Shown here piece by piece: positions 46,983-57,119 of a stretch of DNA of 64,000 nt. Within the stretch, counting starts at the first letter, position 1. The number at the start of each line of letters is the position of its first letter. The notes under the pieces were generated by a model, which saw nothing but the letters and a program-made list of their open reading frames with translations, did not search any database and was not told the DNA's origin. Origin of the DNA: Patescibacteria group bacterium (GTDB lineage Bacteria; Patescibacteriota; Microgenomatia; 2-02-FULL-39-11); NCBI GenBank assembly GCA_023379265.1, contig JAMCUI010000013.1, forward strand, positions 11,576-75,575. Direction: 5' to 3'. Made by a program: the position numbers and the translations under genes.

Positions 46983-49976
46983 TTAATAGTCCTTAAATGT
47001 TTTACGGTAGGCTTTTAACAGCTTACCAACACTTGTATCAACAACATTAATCCCGTTTAATCCTTTTATTCTGAAAGTACCTCCTGAAACTATTTTGCCT
47101 ATTTGAGCAAAAGAACAACCTTGCATCAGCCTTTCAAAAATTTTTTGGTTTTTTGGGGAAACCGTGACCAATATTCTGCCCTGGCTTTCCGAATACAGAA
47201 TAAAATCATTACGGGAAGACTTAAAAAGGCTATGCATAAGGTTTACATCCACTCCAAGCATCCCTCCTATGGCAGTTTTCGCAAGCGCTACAGCAAGTCC
47301 CCCAATGCCCAAGCTCTGAGCCGAAGCAACCAGCCCCCTTCGTACACACTCAAAATATGATTTGTATAACCTCATATTTCTCCTCGCATCTACCCGAGGA
47401 ACGTTATTGCCAATGTCGTTCTTTTTAGCCCTTTCATTCATCATGATAAAATACTCGGATGCACCCAACTCGTCAGACGTTTCACCCAGAACATATACAA
47501 GATCACCTGTTGCTTTGGCATCAAGTGATACGGCAAACGTGACATCATTAATAATTCCCAGAGAACTTATTAAAAGCGTCGGAGGAATCGATATGTTTAC
47601 CTGGTTTCCTTTACTGTCAAAGCCGTGGAAGTCATTGAACATGCTATCCTTCCCTGAAATAAACGGTGTACCGTATGCTTTGGCAAGATCATAACACGCC
47701 TGGACTGCGCGTTTTAGCTCCCACAGCCTTTCCGGCTCATTTGAAGAACACCAGCAGAAATTATCCAAAAGGGCGATATTATTAGGATCAGCTCCGGCAG
47801 TCACACAATTTCTGACGGCGCAATCAAGCGAAGAAGCTGCCATATGGTATGTATCAATATCACTATATCGAGGATATAAACCCTGGCTTAATACAAGTCC
47901 CTTTTTAGAGCTTAAGAGCGGACGGGTTACTGACGCCTCTGCGTTAACCCTGCCTTTTCCCTGAAGTGGCCCCAATACAGAACCACCCAAAACCACATAG
48001 TCATATTGCTCGGATATAAATTCATAACTGGCGATATTCAACCGTCCTACCATTTCCAGAAGTGTGTTTGTAAGACCCCTTTTAATTGGAATTTTTGGTT
48101 CCTTATTATGCACAATCTTTTGAGAACTCTTCTGAATTCTTTTGGGCAGACCGTAATGCAAGAATGTCATATCCAAATCCATAACTGTTCTTCCACGGTA
48201 ATAAACAGTGCATTTACCCGAATTTGTAAATTCTCCGATAACAGTTGCTTCCACGCCTCTTCTTTCCATAAGTGAAGACAGTTTTTTCCATTTGTTTTTA
48301 GGAACTGCAAGAGTCATTCTTTCCTGGGATTCCGACAACCAGATTTCCCAAGGGGCAAGACCCGGATATTTTAAAGGAACTTTTTCTAGTTCCACCATAC
48401 ATCCTCCCGCCTCTTTGGCCATTTCAGCTACCGAACTGGATAGTCCTCCGGCACCGTTATCAGTAATACTGTCATAAAGAAGCATTTCTCTTGCTTCACG
48501 GACCATAACGTCACTTAATTTCTTCTGTGTAATCGGATCACCTATTTGGACTGCCGTTGCCGGACTGCCTTCATTCAGGGATTCGGAGGAAAACGTGGCA
48601 CCGTGAATCCCGTCTTTTCCCACCCTCCCCCCTGCCATCACTATATAGTCTCCAGGCTTTGCATGTTTCTTCCATGCCATCTTATTTTTTATTTTTTTGG
48701 GGATAAGACCGACTGTTCCGACAAATACGAGCGGTTTTCCCCTATACTTTTCGTCAAAAAAAACAAAGCCCTGAGGAGTGGGGATACCGGACTGATTGCC
48801 GCCGGCGTTCACTCCTTCAACCACACCATCCAATATCCTCCTGCTGGATAAAATCCTCTGCTTTTTCTTGGGGCCTTTAAATAGAGTAATATCAATCCTG
48901 GGGTCGGCAAAACAATACCCGTAAAAATTGGCGACCGGTTTGGCTCCCAAGCCAAAACCAAGCGTGTCGCGGTTTACGCCGACAATCCCTGTTATGGCTC
49001 CGCCAAACGGATCAAGGGCAGATGGACTATTATGAGTTTCTACTTTGTGAGTAATAAGAAAATCGTGGTCAAAGGCAATCGCTCCGGAATTATCTGAAAA
49101 AACAGAAACGCAAAAATCCTTTTTTCCCTTTTTGCGCCTGATCTCTTCTGTTGCGCGCTTGATATAGGATTTGAACAATCCTTCCTTCAAATCATCAAGA
49201 GGGTCGGCGAAAATTGTATGTTTGCAATGTTCAGACCAGGTTTGTCCTAATGATTCTAATTCTACATCGGTTGGTTTCCGGCCGGTTTTACGGAAATATT
49301 TTTGGATAGTCTTCATGAAATATAAATCAAGAGCAAGGGGACCACGTCTTGTTCCATCAGGATTGGCGATTCCTTTCTTCCCGATTTCGGCGAGCTTATC
49401 ATCGGAAATCTCAAGACTTACTTCTTCTACCTTTGTACCTGAATTTTCCAACCTGACAACTGGGACTACCGTATCCATACCACCATCATTAGTGTATTGT
49501 CTGTAACTTTTCAGGTGAACTCTCTGTATAAGTGGATTGTAAAGCGATGAAGCGATTTTTTCTATCTGTAAAGGAGTAAGTTTTCCCAGGATATAGGTTG
49601 ACTGGGAAGTATATATATTTTCACCTGAGGAAAAAGAGATTTTGAGAAGGTCTTCAATAATTTCTTTAGCGGTTCTGGCTATATTATCAGTCACGCCAGG
49701 TAAAAAACCTACCTCAATTACCCAGTCGAATTTTCCAAGAATCTTGGCTTTATTAAATTTTTTGTGGCTAAGCACAGCATACTGGCTTAGAGGATTTGCC
49801 AATGCTTCTCCCGCTTTCTGAAATTGGTTTTGGGTCAAATTCTTATCAACAGTGTAGACATCGACTATTTGTATATTTTTGATAGAGTAACCATCAAATC
49901 CCTGTCTTAACTTATTTAACCTAACTTTCTCCCTTGCGTCGGGAATTGCCTCAAAGATTTCAATTCTTCTTGCCAT
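46983..49976 (-). CDS. purSL: FGAM synthase PurL with N-terminal PurS-like domain (PurS-PurL fusion)
   Basis: 997 aa. The first roughly 85 aa (RIEIFEAIPDAREKVRLNKLRQ ...) are PurS-like. The rest has the PurL/AIRS-related repeats. Confidence 0.85.
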   Translation of the reverse strand: MARRIEIFEAIPDAREKVRLNKLRQGFDGYSIKNIQIVDVYTVDKNLTQNQFQKAGEALANPLSQYAVLSHKKFNKAKILGKFDWVIEVGFLPGVTDNIARTAKEIIEDLLKISFSSGENIYTSQSTYILGKLTPLQIEKIASSLYNPLIQRVHLKSYRQYTNDGGMDTVVPVVRLENSGTKVEEVSLEISDDKLAEIGKKGIANPDGTRRGPLALDLYFMKTIQKYFRKTGRKPTDVELESLGQTWSEHCKHTIFADPLDDLKEGLFKSYIKRATEEIRRKKGKKDFCVSVFSDNSGAIAFDHDFLITHKVETHNSPSALDPFGGAITGIVGVNRDTLGFGLGAKPVANFYGYCFADPRIDITLFKGPKKKQRILSSRRILDGVVEGVNAGGNQSGIPTPQGFVFFDEKYRGKPLVFVGTVGLIPKKIKNKMAWKKHAKPGDYIVMAGGRVGKDGIHGATFSSESLNEGSPATAVQIGDPITQKKLSDVMVREAREMLLYDSITDNGAGGLSSSVAEMAKEAGGCMVELEKVPLKYPGLAPWEIWLSESQERMTLAVPKNKWKKLSSLMERRGVEATVIGEFTNSGKCTVYYRGRTVMDLDMTFLHYGLPKRIQKSSQKIVHNKEPKIPIKRGLTNTLLEMVGRLNIASYEFISEQYDYVVLGGSVLGPLQGKGRVNAEASVTRPLLSSKKGLVLSQGLYPRYSDIDTYHMAASSLDCAVRNCVTAGADPNNIALLDNFCWCSSNEPERLWELKRAVQACYDLAKAYGTPFISGKDSMFNDFHGFDSKGNQVNISIPPTLLISSLGIINDVTFAVSLDAKATGDLVYVLGETSDELGASEYFIMMNERAKKNDIGNNVPRVDARRNMRLYKSYFECVRRGLVASAQSLGIGGLAVALAKTAIGGMLGVDVNLMHSLFKSSRNDFILYSESQGRILVTVSPKNQKIFERLMQGCSFAQIGKIVSGGTFRIKGLNGINVVDTSVGKLLKAYRKTFKDY

Positions 49977-50012
49977 GAAAATAAAAAAGCGCTCTTTTGT
50001 GAGCGCTTCTCA
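49977..50012 (-). terminator. rho-independent-terminator-like hairpin (AAGCGCTC-N6-GAGCGCTT plus T-run) between pyrG and purSL
   Basis: On the minus strand: GAGAAGCGCTCACAAAAGAGCGCTTTTTTATTTTC, immediately followed by the ATG of purSL. Confidence 0.5.
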
Positions 50013-50151
50013 ATTATTTTTAAGAACCACTATCATGTTGGAAAATTTCATCTCTGTCAGCAATATCTTTTTCCTATTCAAAAGTAAATACATCTTCCTA
50101 TAGATTAAGAATTCAATACTCTCTAATTTCTTATGGCAATTACCTAAATAA

Positions 50152-51807
50152 TCATTTGCTAATACAAGCTGATATAAATTCCAAAAATAGCGGATGCGGA
50201 TTTAACGGCCTGGCCTTAAACTCCGGATGGAACTGTGTTCCCACGAAAAAAGGATGGTCGGAAAGTTCTATAGCCTCAACCAGCAATCCGTCCGGCGAAA
50301 CTCCTGAAAAAACCATCCCATTTTTCTCGAATATTTTTTTATACTTATTGTTAAACTCATATCTATGCCTATGGCGTTCTTCCACCTCAGGCAGCTTATA
50401 TTGCGTATTTACTCCCAGTTTTGTCCATTTATTGTATGCTTCATATATGAGTGATCCTTTTTTGAGGACACAGGGCCAAGCACCGAGCCTCATGGTACCT
50501 CCATACTGTCTTTTGGCTAAATAATCTTTTTGATTTGGCATAATATGTATTACCGGATTTTTGGTTTTAGGATCTGCCTCTTCAGTGTTTGCTTCCTGCA
50601 GCTTACACATATTTCGGGCAAATTCTATAGCTGCCAGCTGCATTCCGAAACATAATCCTAAATAGGGGATTTTATGTTTCCTTGCATAAGAAGCAGTCTT
50701 TATTTTTCCCTCTATTCCGCGGCTTCCCCATCCTTGGGGCACTATAAGTCCGTCAAACCCTGACAGTACAGCGTCTTCCCCTTTTTTCTCCACATCAAGG
50801 GAATCGATCCAAATAATCTCCGGTTCTATACCATTCCACCATGATGCCTGCTTTACCGCTTCAATTACACAAACGTATGAATCTTCCAGAGAAAAATCTC
50901 CGCTCCTGAAATATTTTCCTACTATACCTATTTTTAACTTTTTCCTTGAGCTCAATATCTTTTGGATAAAAAGATGCCACTTTGACAGATCAGATGAACG
51001 CCTTTGTAGACCCAATTTATCCAGAATCCTGTCCGTTATTCCTTGATTCTCCAGGTACTCAGGAACTTGGTAAATGGTAGGCAGGTCAGGATTTGAGAAA
51101 ACATCGTTTATATCAATTGAACAAAATGTAGCAATTTTTTCCTTCCTGGCGCGATCCACTTCTTTGACAGCCCTTCCAATTATGATGTCAGGAGTCACGC
51201 CAGCCATATGCATAAGCTGTACCGATGTTTGAACCGGCTTTGATTTGAGCTCTCCTAACGAAGGAGGAAGAGGCAAATAAGCAACATGAATATTGAGAAC
51301 GTCTTTAGGATTACTGAGGGCTAATTCTCGCGCTGCTTCAAGAAACATGGCATTCTGGTATTCTCCTACTGTACCGCCGATTTCCAATATGACAAAATCA
51401 GCCTTGGACTTAGTCGCCAAAGCCTTTAGACGTCTTATAATTTCTCTGGGTATATGCGGTATTGTTTCTACGCAGACGCCTTCATATTCAAGTCTACGTT
51501 CTCTTTCTATTACGGATAGGTATACCTGACCAGCTGTCATATAATTCAGTTTTGTCAGGTTCTCATCAATGAATCTTTCGTAATGCCCTAAATCCTGATC
51601 TGTTTCCAAGCCGTCTTCTGTTACGAACGTTTCTCCGTGTATTATAGGATTCATTGTGCCCGCGTCCAGATTTAGGTATGGATCAGCTTTTATGGGAGAG
51701 ACTTTGAAACCTGCGGATTTTAGAAGAATTGCAATTGAGGCGGCGGTAATACCTTTTCCTAATCCTGATATTACACCTCCTGATACAAATATATATTTGG
51801 TCGGCAT
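50152..51807 (-). CDS. pyrG: CTP synthase
   Basis: N-terminal IFVSGGVISGLGKG synthetase domain and a C-terminal GATase with GLCFGMQ. Confidence 0.9.
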   Translation of the reverse strand: MPTKYIFVSGGVISGLGKGITAASIAILLKSAGFKVSPIKADPYLNLDAGTMNPIIHGETFVTEDGLETDQDLGHYERFIDENLTKLNYMTAGQVYLSVIERERRLEYEGVCVETIPHIPREIIRRLKALATKSKADFVILEIGGTVGEYQNAMFLEAARELALSNPKDVLNIHVAYLPLPPSLGELKSKPVQTSVQLMHMAGVTPDIIIGRAVKEVDRARKEKIATFCSIDINDVFSNPDLPTIYQVPEYLENQGITDRILDKLGLQRRSSDLSKWHLFIQKILSSRKKLKIGIVGKYFRSGDFSLEDSYVCVIEAVKQASWWNGIEPEIIWIDSLDVEKKGEDAVLSGFDGLIVPQGWGSRGIEGKIKTASYARKHKIPYLGLCFGMQLAAIEFARNMCKLQEANTEEADPKTKNPVIHIMPNQKDYLAKRQYGGTMRLGAWPCVLKKGSLIYEAYNKWTKLGVNTQYKLPEVEERHRHRYEFNNKYKKIFEKNGMVFSGVSPDGLLVEAIELSDHPFFVGTQFHPEFKARPLNPHPLFLEFISACISK

Positions 51808-51882
51808 GTTTTAAGATACCAGAAAAATATGCGAACTGTCAACTGGGAAATTGTGTATTTATTCTTTTTGAGACGACTTCTA

Positions 51883-52572
51883 TCATAGTCCCATTTTCCC
51901 TGCCCACGCGGGAGGATTCTCAAACCACAAATCTACTTTTTCTTTTTCCGCTTTCTTCAAATAACCCATAGAAAAAGCAGTCTCCACAATAATTTTCCCT
52001 GTTGTTAAAGCCAAAAGTGACACCTTATTTGCGGCCAAAGTCTCCTGTGATTTTCTAGTTTCATATGTAGTTGTCGCAATACAGAAATCCACTTTACCTC
52101 CCAACTCTCTTATTGATTGAACATTACCAGCCACACTTTCGGCTGTTGAGATATGGTCTTCCACAATCAGCGCTTTTGCTCCCTTTTTTACGAAACCTTC
52201 AACTTTATTACCCTTCCCGTACGACTTTGTTGACGGACGGACAAAAACCATTGGCAATCCCAACCTGTCCGCCACCCATGCACCCTGAGGAATTGCTGCT
52301 GTTGCTGTAGCAGATATCCACTCAACATTTTTTAGGCTGATCTTTTCTTTTATGACCTGTATGTAAAAATCGATTATTTGATTGCGGACCGACGGATAAG
52401 ACATGACCAACCTGTTATCAAGATAAATTGGACTTTTCAATCCGGATGTAAATGTATAAGGCGGATCAAATCTGAAAGTTACCGCATTGATTTTCAAAAG
52501 GCATTTTGCTACCTCTTCTGCGATATCTGTATTTTTTATATTTTGAGATAAATTCATATTTTCTCCTTTCAA
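51883..52572 (-). CDS. pyrE: orotate phosphoribosyltransferase
   Basis: FTFTSGLKSPIYLDNR and the PRPP-binding loop LIVEDHISTAES. Confidence 0.75.
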   Translation of the reverse strand: MKGENMNLSQNIKNTDIAEEVAKCLLKINAVTFRFDPPYTFTSGLKSPIYLDNRLVMSYPSVRNQIIDFYIQVIKEKISLKNVEWISATATAAIPQGAWVADRLGLPMVFVRPSTKSYGKGNKVEGFVKKGAKALIVEDHISTAESVAGNVQSIRELGGKVDFCIATTTYETRKSQETLAANKVSLLALTTGKIIVETAFSMGYLKKAEKEKVDLWFENPPAWAGKMGL

Positions 52573-53393
52573 TTTTTACGGTATAAATTAATCTCATCTT
52601 TTAGTTTCTTCGCCTCTTTTTGAGCCGCCAATGCGAAATCATCTCCTTCTGAGGCAAAAATTATGCCTCTTGAAGAGTTTATGATAGCATTTCCACCATC
52701 ATTATCTACTCCTGCCTTTACGGTCTTTTCCACATCGCCTCCTTGTGCTCCTATTCCCGGAATTAAGATCGGCATATTACCCACAATATGTCGTACAATA
52801 TCCAACTCAGCAGGGTAGGTAGCACCTACGACAATCCCACAATTACCACTGCTGTTCCAATCTGACGAAACTTTTTGTGCCACGATCTCAAATAACTTTT
52901 TACCTAAAAAAGTTAAATCCTGGAATTCGCCTGCCCCGGGGTTTGATGTCCGGCATAATATAAATATGCCTTTTTCTTTCCTTTCCAGGAAAGGTTTTAG
53001 GGATTCGCCACCCAAATAAGGATGTAGAGTTACCGCATCAGCCCCGTAATAGTCAAAGACGTATTTGACATATCCGGTGTTGGTGTTGCCTATATCTGCT
53101 CTCTTGGCATCCAGGATTATGGGAATATCCTTATAACTAGATTTTAAGTAGTCGATTGTATTTTTCAGCGAAACTAATCCTTCAGGCCCTTGTGCCTCAT
53201 AAAAAGCGATATTTGGTTTATAAGCGCAAACAAAATCTGAAGTCGCATCAATAATGGCTTTATTAAATTCGAATTGAGGTTTATCCCGCTTTCTTATAAA
53301 AAGAGGTATTTTGTTAAAATCTGTATCCAACCCGATACAAAGCAGGCTTTTGTTTTTTTTAGATATAAAGTTTAATCTGGATTGAAAGTTCAT
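52569..53393 (-). CDS. pyrF: orotidine-5'-phosphate decarboxylase (type 2, long form)
   Basis: LCIGLDTD ... ILDAKRADIGNT motifs. 274 aa. Confidence 0.8.
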   Translation of the reverse strand: MNFQSRLNFISKKNKSLLCIGLDTDFNKIPLFIRKRDKPQFEFNKAIIDATSDFVCAYKPNIAFYEAQGPEGLVSLKNTIDYLKSSYKDIPIILDAKRADIGNTNTGYVKYVFDYYGADAVTLHPYLGGESLKPFLERKEKGIFILCRTSNPGAGEFQDLTFLGKKLFEIVAQKVSSDWNSSGNCGIVVGATYPAELDIVRHIVGNMPILIPGIGAQGGDVEKTVKAGVDNDGGNAIINSSRGIIFASEGDDFALAAQKEAKKLKDEINLYRKN

Positions 53394-53575
53394 TTGTTTG
53401 AAAAAAGGAGAAATATGCCAAATGCCGAAAATAAAAGACCTAATACAGTATTCTTTGTAAAAAAGGGGTCTTTCAGATTGGAAGCCAGCTTTCTGAAAAC
53501 ATCAGATACCCCGACTATGCCTATGGCTGCAATAGCATACAAAACCCGACTCATATCAAAAATGCGCTGCTCCAA
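53390..53575 (-). CDS. hypothetical small membrane protein (possibly spurious)
   Basis: 61-aa hydrophobic ORF that fills the pyrD-pyrF gap. Confidence 0.2.
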   Translation of the reverse strand: MEQRIFDMSRVLYAIAAIGIVGVSDVFRKLASNLKDPFFTKNTVLGLLFSAFGIFLLFSNK

Positions 53576-54515
53576 CCAGTTCAGCTAAGCCTTTAATATT
53601 CTTCTTTGCCATAAAACTAGATAAACCATTCTTTAACTCGTCGTATACTTTCATCCCTTTAAGATATGTTGCCGTACCGACTCCCACGAGTGTTGCTCCC
53701 GCCATCACCACTTCCACCACATCCTGCCATTTAGAAATCCCACCCATACCTATAATGGGTATCTTCACCGCTTCATAGATTTCGTAAATACATCTTACGG
53801 TTACTGGTAATATTCCAGGCCCGGACACTCCTCCTTTTTTGGCTCCAAGCACCGGTTTTCTTTTTTCTATATCTATAATCATTCCAGGCCCGACGGTGTT
53901 TATGGCTACAATCCCATCAGCACCTGAGTCCTCACAGTTCTTGGCAATATCCGCAATATCATTCACGTTTGGAGATAATTTTGCCAATACCGGAATTTTT
54001 TCAGATATCTTTTTCACCTGTTTCACTATTTTCCCTGCTGCTCCTTTCTCCATTCCCAACGGCTTACCAAATTCATCATCTACATTTGGACATGAGAGGT
54101 TTAATTCAATAAACTGTGGACTTAGCGGGACAATTTTTTCCACCAGATAAAGGAATTCCTTTACCTTTGTGGCAAAAAGGCTGACAATAACAGGAGTATT
54201 CTTATTGCTTTTTAGAAATTCTCCTATCTCACGGCTTCCATCTTCAATGCCTGCGTTTCGAAGTCCCACGGAATTTATCATGCCGCAATCGTACTTCCAG
54301 ACACGGGGTAAAGGATTACCTTCCCTTTTTTCAAAAGTTAACGATTTTAGCGTCACCCCTCCAACTCCTGCTTCAATTGCCCGCCTATGCTCGGGAATTT
54401 CTGTTATTATTCCAGAAGGAAGAATGAATGGATTATTGAAATTTACGTTGCAGTATTTGACATTGAGGTTGTCCATATTCGCAAATAATGTAACACAACT
54501 AAAGGATTTAGACAA
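53556..54515 (-). CDS. pyrD: dihydroorotate dehydrogenase catalytic subunit (class 1)
   Basis: FMN-binding TIM barrel with LNLSCPN and the GGI.. C-terminal motif. Confidence 0.85.
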   Translation of the reverse strand: MSKSFSCVTLFANMDNLNVKYCNVNFNNPFILPSGIITEIPEHRRAIEAGVGGVTLKSLTFEKREGNPLPRVWKYDCGMINSVGLRNAGIEDGSREIGEFLKSNKNTPVIVSLFATKVKEFLYLVEKIVPLSPQFIELNLSCPNVDDEFGKPLGMEKGAAGKIVKQVKKISEKIPVLAKLSPNVNDIADIAKNCEDSGADGIVAINTVGPGMIIDIEKRKPVLGAKKGGVSGPGILPVTVRCIYEIYEAVKIPIIGMGGISKWQDVVEVVMAGATLVGVGTATYLKGMKVYDELKNGLSSFMAKKNIKGLAELVGAAHF

Positions 54516-54550
54516 TAAGGGTATTAATTGACAAAATTGATATTTACCAT

Positions 54551-55984
54551 ATGATAAGTGCTATGAATAAATGGCGAAACGAATCAGATTCACTAGGTAA
54601 ATTAAAAATCCCCACAAATGCTTACTGGGGAATACATACTCAAAGGGCTATAACAAACTTTCCCTTCGCGAGTGTCAAACAGCATTCTGAATATATTTTA
54701 GCGACTGTAATAATAAAAAGAGCTGCAGCCGCAATAAACAATAAATTGGGAATTATATCCAACAAGAAAAGTTTGGCGATTATAAATGCATGTGATGAAA
54801 TTTTAGCCGGAAAATTTTCTGATCAATTCGTAGTAAATCCCTATCAGGCAGGAGCAGGAACTTCTCACAATATGAATGTGAATGAAGTGATCGCCAACCG
54901 CGCCAACCAGATTTTGGGAGCACCTTTGGGCAGTTATCGCTTCATAAATCCCAATGACGACATCAACATGTCACAGTCCACCAATGATGTAATTCCCTCA
55001 GCCATAAGAATTTCCACTCTTATGATCCTGCCAAAGTTTTTTGAATCGCTCAAAGCGCTTGTCGAAAGTCTTGGAGAGAAATCAAAAGAATTTTCCCATT
55101 TTATAAAGTCTGGTCGTACGCATCTTAGAGACGCTCTTCCGATCACATTAGGGCAGGAATTTAAGTCTTATGCCAAAGCCCTAGACAACGATAGAAATAG
55201 GATCCTAAAAGCAGAAAAAAATCTTTACCTGATAGGTATAGGAGGAACTGCTGTAGGCACAGGGATAAACTCTCACCCCCAATACCATAAACTTATGGTT
55301 AAGGAACTTACGAGATTAACAGATTTGGACCTGAAATCGTCCGGGAACCTTTTTGAATCAGCCAATAATACAGCTGATTTTCTTGACCTTTCAGGATCAC
55401 TAAAAATTCTAGCGCATACTCTTGTTCGTGTCGGCAATGATCTGCGTTTACTTTCTTCTGGCCCCAGAACTGGGTTATCTGAGATAGCATTACCTCCGGT
55501 ACAGGCTGGTTCATCAATAATGCCGGGCAAAATAAACCCTTCGGTTATCGAAATGCTATCGATGGTCTGTTTTCAGGTAATCGGCTATGACCAGGCAATA
55601 CTCCTTTCCTCAATTTCAGGTCAATTGGAACTAAATGTCATGCTGCCTCTTATTGCTTTTGACCTTCTTGACGGCATCAAAATTCTGACCCGCGCCATTG
55701 AAATATTTGATAAAAGATGTACCAGAAATATAAAAGCAAATAGGAGTATGTGCCGATACTGGCTAGAGACAAGCTCGGGAATTGCAGCAGTTCTCAACCC
55801 GTATATAGGCTATGATAAAACGGCAAAATTAGTACAAAAATCACTAGAAACCGGAAAGACAGTAAAGCAGTTGACAATAGAATCAGGCTATATTTCTAAA
55901 CAGTTGGCTGGAGAGATATTTAATATAAGAAATATGACCGGACCCAATATTAAATCACAAATCCAAACAAATGAAAAAAAATAA
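54551..55984 (+). CDS. aspA: aspartate ammonia-lyase / class II fumarase family (AspA-like)
   Basis: Signature QAGSSIMPGKINPSVIEMLSMVCFQVIGYD. The flanking residues (QAGSS ... CFQVIG.D) are closer to AspA than to FumC. Confidence 0.7.
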   Translation: MISAMNKWRNESDSLGKLKIPTNAYWGIHTQRAITNFPFASVKQHSEYILATVIIKRAAAAINNKLGIISNKKSLAIINACDEILAGKFSDQFVVNPYQAGAGTSHNMNVNEVIANRANQILGAPLGSYRFINPNDDINMSQSTNDVIPSAIRISTLMILPKFFESLKALVESLGEKSKEFSHFIKSGRTHLRDALPITLGQEFKSYAKALDNDRNRILKAEKNLYLIGIGGTAVGTGINSHPQYHKLMVKELTRLTDLDLKSSGNLFESANNTADFLDLSGSLKILAHTLVRVGNDLRLLSSGPRTGLSEIALPPVQAGSSIMPGKINPSVIEMLSMVCFQVIGYDQAILLSSISGQLELNVMLPLIAFDLLDGIKILTRAIEIFDKRCTRNIKANRSMCRYWLETSSGIAAVLNPYIGYDKTAKLVQKSLETGKTVKQLTIESGYISKQLAGEIFNIRNMTGPNIKSQIQTNEKK

Positions 55985-57119
55985 ATACAATGAACCTCTA
56001 CAGCTTCATCGGAAATTAAGGGGAAAACTCCTTGTAAAATCAAAAATAAGAATTAAAACTCGCAGTATACTATCCAAAGTATATACTCCGGGTGTGGCAC
56101 AAGCTGTCAAAAGAATAGCCCAAAATTCTACAGATCTTTTTGATCTCACCATAAAATCAAACACTGTAGCAGTTATTTCTGATGGATCAGCTGTTCTGGG
56201 TTTGGGAAATGTAGGCGCTGAAGCGGCGTTACCTGTAATGGAAGGAAAATGTGCCATCTTTCGCGAGTTTGCCGGTATAAATGCCTTTCCGATTTGCCTT
56301 AATACACAAAATTCCAACGAAATAGTTGATACGATAAAGAATATATCCCCAGTTTTCGGTGCGATAAATCTTGAAGATATTTCAGCGCCGCGCTGTTTTG
56401 AAATAGAAGAAAAATTGAAGATTCTTAACATCCCGGTTATGCATGATGACCAGCATGCCACGGCAATTGTCGTTCTGGCGGGTCTAATCAATTCGGCGAA
56501 AATTGTGAATAAGGACCTTAAGTCATGTAAAATAGTAATTAACGGAGTCGGGGCCGCAGGTTGTGCAATTGCCAAATTATTAAACTTCTATGGTATTTAC
56601 AATCTTATACTTGTTGACAGCCGGGGAATTATAAATAAAAAAAGAAATGATTTGCTTCCGTATAAGAAGGACCTTTTAAATATCTCTAACCCCAATAACA
56701 TTGATGGTGACTTGCTTAAAGCAGCAAAATCTTCCGATATTTTAATCGGAGTATCACAAAAAGACTTATTTACCTCAAATATAATTAAATCTATGGCACT
56801 AAACAGTATTGTATTTGCCCTGGCAAACCCGGACCCTGAAGTGTCGAGGAAAAATGCACAAAAATGGGGTATCTCTATATATGCAAACGGTCGCTCCGAT
56901 TGCAGAAACCAGATAAACAATGCGCTTGTTTTCCCGGGATTTTTCAAGGGACTCCTAAAATCTAAATCCCGTAAAGTGACAAATATGATGAAGGTTGCCG
57001 CCGCCCAAACACTTGCTTCCTTGATTCCTCACCCCACCGCTAACCGTTTTATTCCTTCCATTTTTGACAAAAGGGTCGTACCAGTACTTGAAAAAAGCGT
57101 AATTCAATCATCCATTTGA
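55971..57119 (+). CDS. NAD(P)-dependent malic enzyme (short bacterial form)
   Basis: VYTPGVA ... NGAGAAG-type dinucleotide fold (INGVGAAGCAIAKLL). 382 aa. Confidence 0.8.
   Translation: MKKNKYNEPLQLHRKLRGKLLVKSKIRIKTRSILSKVYTPGVAQAVKRIAQNSTDLFDLTIKSNTVAVISDGSAVLGLGNVGAEAALPVMEGKCAIFREFAGINAFPICLNTQNSNEIVDTIKNISPVFGAINLEDISAPRCFEIEEKLKILNIPVMHDDQHATAIVVLAGLINSAKIVNKDLKSCKIVINGVGAAGCAIAKLLNFYGIYNLILVDSRGIINKKRNDLLPYKKDLLNISNPNNIDGDLLKAAKSSDILIGVSQKDLFTSNIIKSMALNSIVFALANPDPEVSRKNAQKWGISIYANGRSDCRNQINNALVFPGFFKGLLKSKSRKVTNMMKVAAAQTLASLIPHPTANRFIPSIFDKRVVPVLEKSVIQSSI

Noticed and set aside
49977-50150. Purine or ZTP riboswitch upstream of purSL
   Set aside because: I looked for the guanine-aptamer consensus (UAUA ... 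GGGA ... AUAUGGCCC) and the pfl/ZTP CCGCC ... GGGC pseudoknot elements and found neither. Only the terminator hairpin is supported.
56006-56947. Minus-strand ORFs 56006-56575 and 56597-56947 antisense to the malic enzyme gene
   Set aside because: They are antisense to a well-supported CDS and have no recognisable domains.
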